Under the pieces are notes generated by a model. It was given only the letters and a program-made list of their open reading frames with translations, did not search any database and was not told the origin of the DNA. A stretch of 64,000 nucleotides of DNA from a virus: IMG/VR virus record IMGVR_UViG_3300022752_000001, positions 1-64,000 of that record; one strand, written 5' to 3'. Shown here one piece after another: positions 19,048-28,486 of the stretch. The stretch's first letter is position 1, and each line of letters begins with the position of its first letter. The translations under genes and the position numbers were made by a program.

Positions 19048-20280
19048 TTACCTCAGCCCTTTTTCAAGTGCGTCCAAAAAGCTTACGTCGGAAGCAAGTT
19101 CAGGAGAACCAGTCTTGGCGTCGCCACTACCAGCTCCAGGAGTGGCAGCACGATACTCACCTAAAGCTTTTTTAAGTCCGGCAATCTCGCCCTGACTTTT
19201 TTTCACGTAACCCTGGAACAACTGAACCATAAGAGGCATTGCTACCGCTTGGTAGGTCAAGGCTGCCCGGGTTTCGGTATCCAAATCAGACTGCTCCACA
19301 AGCATGGCTTGTTCACGAAGTCCATCGACTCGAGCGTCCCACTCGGCATTGCCGGTCTTTTTGAGGATCGGCACTTCCTGAGTAAAGCGATTCCAAATCT
19401 CATTATAAGCTGTTGTTGTTTCTTCTTGAGCTTTCTTTTGAGCAAGCTCCTGCTGGCGGGTCTGTTCGGCTTGTTGAGCAAGCTCGCGCTTATTAATCTC
19501 TTGCATAGCCTTCTCGGCATTGGTGAGGATGACATCGCGTTTGTTGTAAAGCGCGTTGAGTTCATCCACACGACGACGGACATCAACGGCGTCAATCGGG
19601 TCAAGATTGGTAAGCATTTCTTTGACTGCTGCCCTGCGCTGAGCTGGATCGTTAATTGCGGCAGCTCGAACCACGGCATCCGCATCCATTTCGTACAGCT
19701 TGGCCATCTCTTGAATGGTATTGGTGGCTTCACGAATGGGCGCATCAATCGCAACCTTGTACTGCTTGGTGGCTTGTACGCGGGCTACAGAAAGCTCGCT
19801 CTCGTACTCGTCTCGTTCGGCTTTGAGTGTCTCAAGTTCTTTGCGAAGAATATCAAGTTCAGGAGAAGTCTCCTCCCCGGAATCCTCAACCTTGGTCGTC
19901 TCCTTGTTAATTTTAGATTCAAGTGCGGCCAGCTTGGCTTTGGTGTCACGGAGTTCGGTCGTAACCTTTGCAAAGGCTGTTTGAGCAGACTTTGTAGCCT
20001 CTTTTGGTAATTCAGGAGTTGCTTCTTCCTTTGCGTCCTCGGGCTCTTTCCCAATCGCCTCGAGCACGTCATCCGGAATATCGAGCTTGTTCTCTAAAAC
20101 CTTGGCGGGCGTTGCCTCTGCCTTCGACTCTGTTTTTGCGGGCTCAGCTTTAGCAACTTCAGGAGTTGCAACAGTTTTAGGTTCGGGAGTTTTTGGAGCC
20201 TCTGCTTGAGGAGCCGCGGGAGTATCCAACGCGACGTTTAATGCATCCAATAATCCAAGCTCAGGAGCGGGTGTGCTCAT
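19048..20280 (-). CDS. scaffolding protein
   Basis: acidic P/E/K-rich N-terminus, long coiled coil, position after portal. Confidence 0.6.
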   Translation of the reverse strand: MSTPAPELGLLDALNVALDTPAAPQAEAPKTPEPKTVATPEVAKAEPAKTESKAEATPAKVLENKLDIPDDVLEAIGKEPEDAKEEATPELPKEATKSAQTAFAKVTTELRDTKAKLAALESKINKETTKVEDSGEETSPELDILRKELETLKAERDEYESELSVARVQATKQYKVAIDAPIREATNTIQEMAKLYEMDADAVVRAAAINDPAQRRAAVKEMLTNLDPIDAVDVRRRVDELNALYNKRDVILTNAEKAMQEINKRELAQQAEQTRQQELAQKKAQEETTTAYNEIWNRFTQEVPILKKTGNAEWDARVDGLREQAMLVEQSDLDTETRAALTYQAVAMPLMVQLFQGYVKKSQGEIAGLKKALGEYRAATPGAGSGDAKTGSPELASDVSFLDALEKGLR

Positions 20281-20570
20281 TCGTTATTTTTTCCTTTGTT
20301 TTCAGTCCAGGGTTCCGGCAACACTGCCGGCTGCTCCGCCAAATTGGTCAGAGCCCCAAAGTTTCTGAGACAGTCATAAAATCCTTCTCGACGTGCGTTT
20401 TGAAGAGCACCCCACAAAGCAATGTCCGCGCCTTGCGGAACGGGCATGGCTTTCGGTAGAGCAAAATCCACAAGTACTTCAAATGCGCGCTCTAAAGCCG
20501 GTTGCTTTAAAAGTTCTCTTAGTTCAAGCTGAAGGTCTTCCCTTTTACGCCATTCGTCGATAGTCATCAT
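20277..20570 (-). CDS. small head-assembly protein
   Basis: short ORF between portal and scaffold with a REG motif. Confidence 0.5.
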   Translation of the reverse strand: MMTIDEWRKREDLQLELRELLKQPALERAFEVLVDFALPKAMPVPQGADIALWGALQNARREGFYDCLRNFGALTNLAEQPAVLPEPWTENKGKNNE

Positions 20571-20616
20571 ATATATCTTATTGACAGACTTGTGCCATTA
20601 TGGCAAGCACAAAATA

Positions 20617-22827
20617 TTAGGAGTTTCTGATCTTGCTTGCGATTTCAGCATCGCGAAGCGCCATCTTCTGCTGGTGATCTGCCAACTTGATCTGCTGATC
20701 AACTTTGGCTTCTTCAACTTTCATCTGCATGGCAAGCTGATGATCTTGCAGTCTGGCCGCCATATTAGGGTCAACTCCGCCCTGCCCACCGCCATTCTTA
20801 GCCATAGCCTCTTGATGCTTTCGCATGTTCTCTTGTTGCGCTCTCATGTTGTTTTCCAAAGCCACGATAGCTTCACGCATAAGGTTGAGCATTTCATTGT
20901 ATTGCCCAACCTCAACTTTCCGCGTGGGATCGCCAGCAATCTGCTGAAGGTGCATCATGGAGTGCTGGTAGTTAAGAGTCAGATAAGCCAAAGCCATATC
21001 TGGCTTGGCGATACCCTGTGAAGTGGCGTCGAGCATTCCGCGAGCATCGGCCAAGTGAACACGAATATGAACCGAGTGGTTTTCGGTAGGCATAACAGAA
21101 ATAGGACGTCCGTCTTGGAACTGAGCGTTTTCGAGCTCGGCAATCTTGGCGTCCGTAGGTAGGCGTTCTTTGAGTTTCCCGGCCGGGAGATACCGATCGA
21201 CCTGGTCGTAACCAACCCGGGCGGCAACACGGTCACGAATAAGATTCTGTTGACCCACTTCGTCAAACCGAGGAAGGAGTTGGATAAATTCGTTGAAGGC
21301 CAAGATACGAGCTCCGCTAGACCCATAACCAACAGCGCGGACGGGCGTGACATCGTAAACATCAATAACCGCTTTCCAAGGCACGCCACGTTGTTCGAGT
21401 CTGGAGCGGAACTTCTGATAACCTTCATAACCGGCATCACCTGGCTGCCAAGTATCTTTCTGCAAACGCTTGAAACTTTCTTTAAGGAGCTTGCCCCAGG
21501 TCACATAAAACAAATTGATGCTGGCCGTGGTCAAAACAGACTCGTTTGCCAATTGAGCTTGAACTTCGGTTGCAGTTCTCTCTTTGCTGCCTTGCACTTG
21601 TTGGTGTGTTCGGTAGCTACCCGTATTAGCTTGGCGGGTCATGGAAAGTTCCTGAACAACCGGCATCACGCTGTTGTTGAAATTCGGGAATGCGGTCGGA
21701 ACTACCTCAAGATTCGGAGGAAGGAATGAAATAGGTCCTGCAAAAGCAAGAGACAAGCGACTCACGTCTTCAGCAGTCTTGGGTTGAAGAACCAAACTGG
21801 TCGACATCATCGAGCCGTCGACCATCGCACAACGAAGACGATTGCTTACCTGGATGTGGGGAAAGATTTTGTAACCCAAGCCACGGATTGAGTGGTAGGT
21901 GCCGTTCCCAACACCAAAAGTAAATAGGTTGAAAGCTTCAGAAGCTTTCTTGAATCGGCTCTCCTTCTTGTACAAAAAGTCGGTGTTTGATCCGTCGCGC
22001 AACCCAATGTAGTGACTGACCGTGCCGTCGTATTCACGTACGTAATAGTGGTTCACGCGAATCTCGCCGGCGCGAGCGTAGGAATAAAACAGATCGTTAT
22101 TCTTAAATTCTTTTTCGAGCTCTTCCCAGCCTTGGTCGGCGGGGCGGTTTCCCTTGTGAAGCGCAGCCAGAGCCTTGCGAACTTCCTCCACATTCCAGCC
22201 AGCTTCTTTGGCGGCCTTGGGATTCTTGATGAAATTATAAAGTTCGTGAGCCAAGTAAACCCGGCGGGCTACGGCAAACTCAATACGATCTTCAGTGGCC
22301 TGTGTGCCGCGCGGAATAAGAAAATCGCCAATCCCGCAAACACGCCAGCGCCAGTCTTTATCGTTCTCAAAAAAGGTAACACCGAGCCCTTGGGAAATAA
22401 AGTGATGGGCCAGTAGTTGAAAATTAAAATGAAATTGATCCCATTCAACCAAAGTCCGGTGAAACTCCTCGGAGATTGCGCCTGCCCAATTCTGCCGTTC
22501 GCTCTCATCGCCGAACGTAGTCTTAACTTCGACTAGCTTCTCCACGCCGTTTACCAAATCGGTGTACGCGGCCAGGGCATTCTCAAGATCGGCCGCGGCT
22601 TCACCAAAGTTTAGGTTGGCGCGATACGCCTGCCCCATACTACGAAGCGTGTTCGGATTGTAGGGCGGATCTCCATCGAACATCGCTTGGACCTTGCTGC
22701 GGTCCTGGTCAGCGTGCGCATCCGACTCTCTCAGCGTAGTATAAATACTGTGAGCCGACTTGGCGTCTTTAAGACGCGCCTTTGGCGGAGCTCCTGTTTC
22801 GCCGATATTTTCGAGTAAGATGTCCAC
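20617..22827 (-). CDS. portal protein
   Basis: 736 aa, ERTATEV motif of podoviral portals, Q-rich C-terminus, follows terL. Confidence 0.8.
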   Translation of the reverse strand: MDILLENIGETGAPPKARLKDAKSAHSIYTTLRESDAHADQDRSKVQAMFDGDPPYNPNTLRSMGQAYRANLNFGEAAADLENALAAYTDLVNGVEKLVEVKTTFGDESERQNWAGAISEEFHRTLVEWDQFHFNFQLLAHHFISQGLGVTFFENDKDWRWRVCGIGDFLIPRGTQATEDRIEFAVARRVYLAHELYNFIKNPKAAKEAGWNVEEVRKALAALHKGNRPADQGWEELEKEFKNNDLFYSYARAGEIRVNHYYVREYDGTVSHYIGLRDGSNTDFLYKKESRFKKASEAFNLFTFGVGNGTYHSIRGLGYKIFPHIQVSNRLRCAMVDGSMMSTSLVLQPKTAEDVSRLSLAFAGPISFLPPNLEVVPTAFPNFNNSVMPVVQELSMTRQANTGSYRTHQQVQGSKERTATEVQAQLANESVLTTASINLFYVTWGKLLKESFKRLQKDTWQPGDAGYEGYQKFRSRLEQRGVPWKAVIDVYDVTPVRAVGYGSSGARILAFNEFIQLLPRFDEVGQQNLIRDRVAARVGYDQVDRYLPAGKLKERLPTDAKIAELENAQFQDGRPISVMPTENHSVHIRVHLADARGMLDATSQGIAKPDMALAYLTLNYQHSMMHLQQIAGDPTRKVEVGQYNEMLNLMREAIVALENNMRAQQENMRKHQEAMAKNGGGQGGVDPNMAARLQDHQLAMQMKVEEAKVDQQIKLADHQQKMALRDAEIASKIRNS

Positions 22828-22861
22828 GTGAACGACTATTCTGTCTACTGTCAGTTAAAAG

Positions 22862-24577
22862 TCAATAATTTAACACAGGGTCTTTGTTGGTGTCGATCAC
22901 ACGATCCAGCCGGCGAGCTTGCTCTTGCCAACCCCCGCTTTTCCTAGCCATCACGGTTCCTCCGGCCATTGCGCCGACTCGTACTCGAATACACTCCAAC
23001 CCAACAAAGGCTGCGTCCGCCAAATCGGGGCTCTTTCCTACCCGCGACTTGTAATCTCTCTTGGATTCTACGACCAGCTTACCCCCGGCCATCGTGGTGT
23101 ATTTCCTGCTGGTTAGTTCTCTAGCCAGCTCAGGAGTCACGCCCTTCAGCTGGCCTGACCGCATAAACTCAACGCCACCGAACCAAAGCTCGGTGACCTT
23201 GTTGCCGTATTTGTCCTTGGCCTCGACCATCGAGCTTGAGCTGATTGGCATAGTGCTAGGCTTTTCTCCAAACTTCACCCGCAGGATTCGTGGAGACCAC
23301 GTCTCGGAGATAATATCGCAAAGCGGATCTCCTGCGCCGGTGGCGTCGACCGCCAGATATTCCGGGGGCACGCCTTGCTTTTGACATTCGGCCATAACTT
23401 GACGAGCCACCTGAAAGTTTCTGGGCTGCGGATCGTTTACGTTCTCTCTGATGATAGTGAAATCTTTAAAGTTCACAGTAGGTCCAGCTTCCTCAGTCCG
23501 TCCGTACTCCAAGAAATACAGCACCGTTCTGTCTCCGCCGTTGGTAAACGAAGGATCAAGTCCAGCAACTACCTTGGGCGGCTCAATCCACTTGGGGGCT
23601 TTATCCACCTCAAACTTGCGGAAGTCTGCTTCCGAGTAAATAGACTCCTCGGCTCCACCAGGAGCTGGGAAGGAACGGATGAATCGCCAAAAAGAAATAC
23701 TGTGCTCGCCGTCGTGGTCTTCGGCGTGCCGTAGCTGTTTTGTTGTAAGCAGGAACGGCCAAGCGTCGTCATGTTCAAGGTTGGGCGTCTTGGCTCCGTC
23801 CAAGTGAAGGCATAAACCCAGCTTGGTCTTCCACTCCTCCTGATCTACCGTGACCGAGTTCCACCCGCCGACAGGGGTGGCAAACATACCAAACGGGTCG
23901 TACTGGCTGGAAAAGTTACCCAGGGCTATGCACTGGAACGTAGGGTTAGCGTTTAGATTGGAGATAGCTTCAAAGACCGAGTTGGTCACGTCGGTGGCCT
24001 CGTCGATGATAAGGAACACCCTCTGGTTCTTAAGACCGATAAGTTTGGCCGTGGCCTCCTTCTCTTTGTCAGGGCTAGACGGCACCAGGGTTATGGACGA
24101 TCGGTCGCTGGACTCTCCTTCCGTCAAAATGATCTTACCCATGGAGTCGATCAATTTTCCCGGAAAGCCTGGAACCTGCAAAAATCGCTCACGAATGCCT
24201 CCCCAAAGGCGTTTGCGGGCTTCCCGGATAGATGTGCTGGTAACCAGAACAAGCGTCTCGTGAGGAGCACACAACCAATTTACAAGCCCCCACATGGCGA
24301 AGGTGGCAGTCTTGCCACTGGACTTGGGGCCAGAGATAGCCAGGTAGTCCTGCTCGCAAGCCGCTTGGATCATACGCTCTGCCCAGGGATGCCAACAGAA
24401 CCCGGCTTTGTTTCGCGTCTTGTGATACGGCCAAAGAAGCTCTACAATGTTCTTGAAATGCTGAAACTTGCCCAAACCCCCCGTTTCGGGGGTCAGCCCA
24501 AGCTTGAAAGCCATAAGCTCAATTTCGAGTTTTCCGGCCCCATCTGGCCATACCTTTCCATACAAAGTCGTTGGCAT
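22862..24577 (-). CDS. terL: terminase large subunit
   Basis: Walker A GPKSSGKT, Walker B LIIDEA, RNase H-like GLDPS...DATG, SPDLADA. Confidence 0.92.
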   Translation of the reverse strand: MPTTLYGKVWPDGAGKLEIELMAFKLGLTPETGGLGKFQHFKNIVELLWPYHKTRNKAGFCWHPWAERMIQAACEQDYLAISGPKSSGKTATFAMWGLVNWLCAPHETLVLVTSTSIREARKRLWGGIRERFLQVPGFPGKLIDSMGKIILTEGESSDRSSITLVPSSPDKEKEATAKLIGLKNQRVFLIIDEATDVTNSVFEAISNLNANPTFQCIALGNFSSQYDPFGMFATPVGGWNSVTVDQEEWKTKLGLCLHLDGAKTPNLEHDDAWPFLLTTKQLRHAEDHDGEHSISFWRFIRSFPAPGGAEESIYSEADFRKFEVDKAPKWIEPPKVVAGLDPSFTNGGDRTVLYFLEYGRTEEAGPTVNFKDFTIIRENVNDPQPRNFQVARQVMAECQKQGVPPEYLAVDATGAGDPLCDIISETWSPRILRVKFGEKPSTMPISSSSMVEAKDKYGNKVTELWFGGVEFMRSGQLKGVTPELARELTSRKYTTMAGGKLVVESKRDYKSRVGKSPDLADAAFVGLECIRVRVGAMAGGTVMARKSGGWQEQARRLDRVIDTNKDPVLNY

Positions 24578-24851
24578 CAGACATTAATTGTCAGTAATCG
24601 AGAATTTGTCAATACAAATTTTTAAGGGGTCATTCACTCAAGCTACTGTATTTCAACTACTTAAATTGGAGCCGGCTGTCGGATTTGAACCGACGACCAG
24701 CGGTTTACAAAACCATTGACTGTCAGTAACTTGTACACGATTTGTCTAGGCTTTTGTTGAGTAAAAACGACTTACAGTTGACACTAATGACGGGCGAGCG
24801 GTCATAAAATGTACAACTTTTCCTTGACGACAGACATTAATTGTCAGTAAT
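24578..24851 (+). repeat. 21-bp perfect direct repeat flanking attP
   Basis: CAGACATTAATTGTCAGTAAT at 24578-24598 and 24831-24851. Confidence 0.85.
24667..24714 (-). mobile_element. attP: attP core = 3' half of tRNA-Thr(TGT)
   Basis: minus strand GGT-TTTGTAA-ACCGC-TGGTC-GTCGG-TTCAAAT-CCGAC-AGCCGGC-TCCA; no D-arm or 5' acceptor strand; next to the integrase. Confidence 0.85.
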
Positions 24852-24864
24852 GTTTCGATTCAGC

Positions 24865-26091
24865 ATGAAAAAAGAATTTAAGCCGATCGAGATCCAAGAT
24901 GGATTCGCCAATGTTAAAATATATCAGTGCGTCAACAATAAGAATTATTTGACGTACATGGTTACGTGGTGGGCCGAGGGGAAAAGACAACGTCGAGCAA
25001 TTGCAGAACTTACCGAAGCAAAGCGCGAGGCTCGTAGAATTGCCAGAGACTTGGCTGACGGAAGAGCTTCGATGGTCGCCGTGTCAAATAAAGAGCTGAT
25101 TTATTTTAGGGACCTAGAAAAAAAGATGGGCGGTACTCCCCTGAGTGAGGCAGTCAACCTGTGGTTGAGAACCAGTGATAACAAACTACCAAAGATCACG
25201 GTTAGTGAAATTTTGAAGGAAATGCTCAACATCAAGCTGAACGATACCTTTATTGAAAAGCGGCAGAAACAAACTCTCCAGGTTCGTTGGGGTAAGTTTG
25301 AGAGGGTTTTTGGTGGCCGAGTTATCTCAACAATCAAGGCCAAGGAATTGGATTCATTCTTGGCCAACCCGGAATGGCAGCCAAGAACTCGACAGCACTA
25401 CCGCGGAGCCATCAGCATGATTTTTGATTACGCCAAGAGGAAGGACTACTTGGAACCAGATAAGGATCACCAAGCTGAAAAGACTGAAAGTATCCGGGTT
25501 AATGACGCTAAATTGGAAAGTTGGTCCGTCGAGGACATGCGTCTAATTTTAAAACACGCCCCAAAAAGGATTATTCCATGGGTTGTTTTGGGTGCTTTTG
25601 CGGGGGTGAGATCGTCCGAAATAGAGAGAATGAACTGGGAAGACCTCGACTGGTCTAGCAATTTGATTTTAATTAAAGGAAAGCTTGTAGGTGGTTCTAA
25701 ATCAAGAGCTAACAACGATAGAACTATTGCAATGACCGACAACCTAAAAGCTTGGCTTAGCCCTTTTAGGCTATATAAAGGAAATATACTTAAAAGTCTT
25801 GGATCAGGTGAAATTAATAAAGACCTGTATGCTTGGCTTGAAGATTTAATTCACAAAATACAAAAGGAAAAACCGCTTTTTACTTGGAAACAAAACGCAA
25901 ATCGTCACAGCTTTGCTACCTACTACTTAGCTATGACAGGAGATGCTTCAACAACTGCACTGGCGATGGGCAATAGCCCGACAATGGTGCTGCGTAGGTA
26001 CAAGACCATCCAGGTGGATGGGAAAACAGTGACCCGGACTATGGCGGAGAGGTACTTCGCAATTCTGCCGGGTCAAGGAGGAACAAATTAA
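24865..26091 (+). CDS. int: tyrosine integrase
   Basis: AGVRSSEI (Arg), NANRHSFATY, GNS..MVLRRY (Tyr). Confidence 0.92.
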   Translation: MKKEFKPIEIQDGFANVKIYQCVNNKNYLTYMVTWWAEGKRQRRAIAELTEAKREARRIARDLADGRASMVAVSNKELIYFRDLEKKMGGTPLSEAVNLWLRTSDNKLPKITVSEILKEMLNIKLNDTFIEKRQKQTLQVRWGKFERVFGGRVISTIKAKELDSFLANPEWQPRTRQHYRGAISMIFDYAKRKDYLEPDKDHQAEKTESIRVNDAKLESWSVEDMRLILKHAPKRIIPWVVLGAFAGVRSSEIERMNWEDLDWSSNLILIKGKLVGGSKSRANNDRTIAMTDNLKAWLSPFRLYKGNILKSLGSGEINKDLYAWLEDLIHKIQKEKPLFTWKQNANRHSFATYYLAMTGDASTTALAMGNSPTMVLRRYKTIQVDGKTVTRTMAERYFAILPGQGGTN

Positions 26092-26281
26092 AGAACAGCA
26101 GGAGAGGAGTCACGAAAGATCGAGTAACCAAACAGTAAAAACAATAAGCTTACCCAAGCACATGGCAAAATTCCTCGAAGAGGAAAGCCGGCGAATAGGG
26201 GTAAACAACGTTTCAGGATTGGTCAGAATGGTTTTGGCACAGTACATCGATGCGCAGGGTAGAAAAACGCTTAAGAGGTGA
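26087..26281 (+). CDS. ribbon-helix-helix DNA-binding protein (non-standard start)
   Basis: VKTISLPKHMAKFLEEESRRIGVNNVSGLVRMVLAQYI fits the CopG/Arc pattern; absent from the ORF track. Confidence 0.65.
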   Translation: MKEQQERSHERSSNQTVKTISLPKHMAKFLEEESRRIGVNNVSGLVRMVLAQYIDAQGRKTLKR

Positions 26282-26432
26282 CTTTGCACCAAAAAGATAA
26301 GACGGAGTAAGGATTAACATTAAAGAGTCATAAATGAAGTCTTATCAAAAAGAAGATTCCCGCAAAAAACACATCTAGTTTTTAATTTGGATTGACTGCC
26401 GTAAGACGGCGTGTTTAGATGTAACACACCGT

Positions 26433-26729
26433 ATGAATCTAATATTGGAAGCTCAGTCTTTTAAAGTCGCAGTCACTCCTTCCAACAAACTTCACATTGT
26501 CGTTGAGAATGTAAATCCATCTGAAGTAAGCAAACAAATCCCAGAAAAGATTTACTCCGTAAAAGAAGCAGCCTCTCGGCTTCATGTTGGCGACCGCACA
26601 ATTCGCCGTTACTTAAACAACAAACGTCATCCCCTCCCTCACTCGAAAGCTGGTGGAATTATCCGCATTTGTGAGTCGGATATCCAGGCGTGGCTCGCGA
26701 ATGATAAATTCGGAGTCGCACGTGAATAG
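26433..26729 (+). CDS. excisionase-like HTH protein
   Basis: YSVKEAASRLHVGDRTIRRYL...GGIIRICESDIQAWL. Confidence 0.8.
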   Translation: MNLILEAQSFKVAVTPSNKLHIVVENVNPSEVSKQIPEKIYSVKEAASRLHVGDRTIRRYLNNKRHPLPHSKAGGIIRICESDIQAWLANDKFGVARE

Positions 26730-27054
26730 TCGTGCCAAGGGTTGTGTCGGTGAGCGTGAGTGGAGAGACGAAGTCAAAAAACGTGGCTACACCGCAAGGC
26801 GTGGCCAGCAGTTCTCTGGGAATCCGGATGCACCCGACGTCATTTCAGAGCTCCCCTTCCATTTCGAAGTCAAAAGGGTTCAGGCCCTCAACGTCGGAAA
26901 AGCTGTTGAACAAGCGGTACGGGACTGCGGAGGGAAACCAATCGCAGTGGCGCACCGTAAAAACAATTCACCCTGGCTCGTGACCATGACCGCGGATTCA
27001 TGGTTCGAGCTGGTAACTAAAGTGCATCCGCCCCGTGGAGAAGAAATAAAATGA
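26722..27054 (+). CDS. Holliday junction resolvase-like PD-(D/E)XK nuclease
   Basis: NSRAKG..GERE, PDVI, FEVKR. Confidence 0.75.
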   Translation: MNSRAKGCVGEREWRDEVKKRGYTARRGQQFSGNPDAPDVISELPFHFEVKRVQALNVGKAVEQAVRDCGGKPIAVAHRKNNSPWLVTMTADSWFELVTKVHPPRGEEIK

Positions 27055-27215
27055 CAGTTGGAGAACTGTTGGAAAAGCTGCAAAAGGTAAGCCCCCACCT
27101 CGACATCTGCGTCGATGTGGATTCGGACTGCTTCGATATCCAGGAAGTTCAGGTCTGGCGAAGTGGAAGTGATGATCCTGAAGGTTCGTTTGTATCGTTG
27201 ATCATCGAAACTTGA
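27051..27215 (+). CDS. hypothetical protein
   Basis: MTVGELLEKL ORF overlapping both neighbours by 4 nt. Confidence 0.55.
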   Translation: MTVGELLEKLQKVSPHLDICVDVDSDCFDIQEVQVWRSGSDDPEGSFVSLIIET

Positions 27216-28486
27216 ATCTTTTTCCTTGGCAGAAGGAAAACGCGTCCCAGTTGATGGACGCCCTGATCAACAACCGTGTGGCGTTGGACGCTAGCGATTG
27301 CGGAACAGGAAAAACGGTCACGGCGGCTTTTGTCGCCAAACAAATGAATATGCCCGTGGCCGTGATATGTCCTAAAGCGGTCATACCTTCTTGGAAGCAT
27401 TGGCTTAAAGAAGCCGGCGTCGAACCCTTGTTTGTGATCAACTACGAAAAACTCCGAACAGGAAAAAAGCACGGCAAGTGGGTTGCCAAGAAATGGCAGT
27501 GGGATCTCCCCTCCTCTACCCTTCTGATTTTTGACGAGGTTCATAAGTGCAAAGGATACAGCAGTCAGAACGGTAAGATCTTGGGTGCGTCTAAAGCCGA
27601 TCATACCGTATTGATGCTCTCAGCTACGGCCGCTCAAAACCCTCTGGATATGCGATGGACGGGCGACCTTCTCGGCATCCATACCGGCGTTAACTACTGG
27701 GGTTGGCTCAAAACCATGAAAGTGGCACAAGCCCCTTGGGGTGGCTTCCAATACTACGGAGGCAAAGAAGGTCTTCTCCAGATTCACGCACATATTTTCC
27801 CCAAGCGTGGCGTACGTACTCGCGTGGAAGAGCTGGGGGATGCCTTCCCTCAAAACAACGTCATGTCCGAGGTCTTCGATATCGATGACCGCATTGGCAA
27901 GCTCTACGGCCAAATGGAGGCCGAGCTGGCGGCCTTGGCAGAGGCTAAGTCCAACGATTTTGACCCATCTGAGCCCCGTACAAGGCTATTAAGACTTCGC
28001 CAGGAGGTTGAACTGCTCCGTGTGCCTGTTCTTACCGAGATGGCGAAGGAACATGTGGAGGCTGGATGCAGTGTCGTTATCTTTACCAACTTCATGCAGA
28101 CCTGCCGGACGCTTATGGAGCGTTTAAATGCCCCTGCAATTCACGGAGAGCAAAGCGCAGAAGAGCGTCAGGAAGCAATCGACAAGTTTCAAGCGAACAA
28201 AGAACACGTAATCATCGTGCAAATTCAAGCCGGCGGTGTCGGACTCTCGCTTCACGATTTACACGGCCGCCCTCGAGTGAGTTTGGTATGCCCGACATAC
28301 TCGGCGATTGATTTAAAACAAGCTCTCGGTCGTATCGCACGCACCGGATCGAAGAGTCATTGCAGGCAATATTTAGTTTACGCCGCAAATTCAGTCGAAG
28401 AACAAGTCGCACGTAAAACAAAATCCAAAATTCGTGAAATTGACTTGCTTAATGACGGCGATCTGGTAGTAACTTTGCCCTCATGA
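27212..28486 (+). CDS. SF2 (SNF2-like) helicase
   Basis: GTGKT, DEVH, SAT, QALGRIAR motifs. Confidence 0.88.
   Translation: MNLFPWQKENASQLMDALINNRVALDASDCGTGKTVTAAFVAKQMNMPVAVICPKAVIPSWKHWLKEAGVEPLFVINYEKLRTGKKHGKWVAKKWQWDLPSSTLLIFDEVHKCKGYSSQNGKILGASKADHTVLMLSATAAQNPLDMRWTGDLLGIHTGVNYWGWLKTMKVAQAPWGGFQYYGGKEGLLQIHAHIFPKRGVRTRVEELGDAFPQNNVMSEVFDIDDRIGKLYGQMEAELAALAEAKSNDFDPSEPRTRLLRLRQEVELLRVPVLTEMAKEHVEAGCSVVIFTNFMQTCRTLMERLNAPAIHGEQSAEERQEAIDKFQANKEHVIIVQIQAGGVGLSLHDLHGRPRVSLVCPTYSAIDLKQALGRIARTGSKSHCRQYLVYAANSVEEQVARKTKSKIREIDLLNDGDLVVTLPS

Noticed and set aside
22846-22867. Operator as an E. coli-type LexA box or FNR site
   Set aside because: Spacing is CTG-N12-CAR (TGAC-N8), not CTG-N10-CAG or TTGAT-N4-ATCAA
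24667-24745. Complete phage tRNA-Thr gene
   Set aside because: No D-arm or 5' acceptor strand; similarity stops in the anticodon stem, as expected for attP
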